DNA of 63,200 nt, the filler included, from Octopus bimaculoides (Eukaryota): NCBI RefSeq assembly GCF_001194135.2. It is 5 parts of 5 records of this genome, joined end to end, with 100 filler letters (N's around TTAATTAATTAA, not from the genome) between each part and the next. Parts side by side here need not be neighbours in the genome. Positions count along the whole stretch, not along the records: positions 61,498 to 63,200 come from NW_026320496.1; 4 more parts are not named here. The stretch is one strand, 5' to 3'. The translations under genes and the position numbers were made by a program. The notes beneath the pieces are model-generated. The model was not told the origin of the DNA. It did not search any database and worked only from the letters and a program-made list of their open reading frames with translations. This document shows positions 62,210 through 63,200 of the stretch, piece by piece (position 1 is the stretch's first letter; every line of letters begins with the position of its first letter).

Positions 62210-62860
62210 GATGAACAAGCCAATGGCATTGAAGAATACAGAGATTAAAGCTGTAGTTGAGAAAAGGTTAACTGACATGCAGAACTGGAAACCATCTGAA
62301 TATTGGAAAACTTGTATCATGATGACTTGCACCAAGTATCAAAACTTGTATCATGATGACTTGCACCAAGTATCAAAACTTGTATCATGATGACTTGCAC
62401 TAAGTATCAAAATGTTGACATCCTGACAGCTACTCAGTGATCTGTGAGCACTGCAAAAGTCATAAGATATGACATGGATAGTTACAATAGAGACTAAAAA
62501 GCCATGGCAGAAGGTGTCCTAACAGTGTCCACATACCAGAATTCATCCAACAGAGCCTTCAGTTCAATTCAGATGGTTCTGTGAAACTGCTGGAAACTGT
62601 GAAACTGGCTGGAGAAGGTTGCTGCTGGAAGGCCATATGTGAGGTAGCTGGATTCGGCTCCCTACCATACATCCAGAAAGAGTCAAAAGTAGTTGTCAGG
62701 GAGTTTCTATAACTTCACCAGCCCCAATCTCTGGCCTCCTAATCCCCCTGGCTGTAATCCCATAGGTTACTATGTTTGGGATGCAGTTGAGAAAGACACC
62801 AAATGCTCTGCTCCAAACACTAAGGCCAAGCTGCTGGCCAAAATCAAGGAGGTGTTTTTT
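62210..62860 (+). mobile_element. IS630-Tc1-mariner (DD37D/maT-like) transposase remnant
   Basis: NSDGSVKLLETV, WLEKVAAGRPYV, FYNFTSPNLWPPNPPGCNPIGYYVWDAVEKDT. Confidence 0.8.
62307..62408 (+). repeat. Three tandem 34-bp units
   Basis: AAAACTTGTATCATGATGACTTGCACCAAGTATC x3 with one substitution and no spacers. Confidence 0.95.
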
Positions 62861-63200
62861 ATGTCTTCATACACATGTATACATCCTGAGACTCCAGATA
62901 AAAGAAAAAAGAATTATCCAATGCATTGCATTTTCGGTTGTTACAACAAGAACCATCCATAATGACAGTGTTAATATTACCAACATTATGATCTAGGACA
63001 GGTGTTCCCATGTCCCTTACATGGCTGCCACAATTATTTGGGCTGGTTTGGTTATTATTTCAGTATCAGTATCAATTTTTTCTGTGCTCTCAAATTCATT
63101 GAACAGCAAGTTGATGCCATTGATTTCTGTTGACTACAGTTTCCTCTACATCAACAAGTGAAACAGAGACAGACAGAAACAAGAAAAATGCCCCTGTTAT

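Noticed and set aside
62307-62408. 34-bp repeats (and the 26- and 16-bp arrays) as CRISPR
   Set aside because: The units are contiguous with no spacers, there are no cas genes and the context is eukaryotic.

Overview
Repeat-saturated, AT-rich animal genomic DNA from a draft assembly, with roughly 8-9 kb of N gaps. The repeat families look cephalopod (Octopus-type); this is inferred from recall of the families, not from a database search. I found no rRNA, intact tRNA gene, CRISPR array or prokaryotic feature. Most of the supplied ORFs are artefacts of (TA)n/(CA)n/(GAT)n microsatellites or N runs. The recognisable coding sequence is almost all decayed transposon: Tc1/mariner, CR1-type and RTE-type LINEs, an R4/Dong-type LINE, Penelope-like elements (PLEs) and an Academ-like XPG/PIN domain. 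There are also at least four SINE-like families, piggyBac-type MITEs, fold-back MITEs and a Helitron 3' end. Two or three small, phase-compatible minus-strand exon candidates (33159-33125, 10758-10695, 1671-1394) suggest the window is mostly intron of an unidentified gene. The most interesting signal is a set of about nine hammerhead-ribozyme (HHR)-like motifs in several unrelated repeat families. One has an intact catalytic core and a long structured stem II (61690-61850, minus strand). Another has a U4C core and a perfect upstream anti-ribozyme hairpin (6576-6655, plus strand). Repeat boundaries are approximate unless a target-site duplication (TSD) is given.
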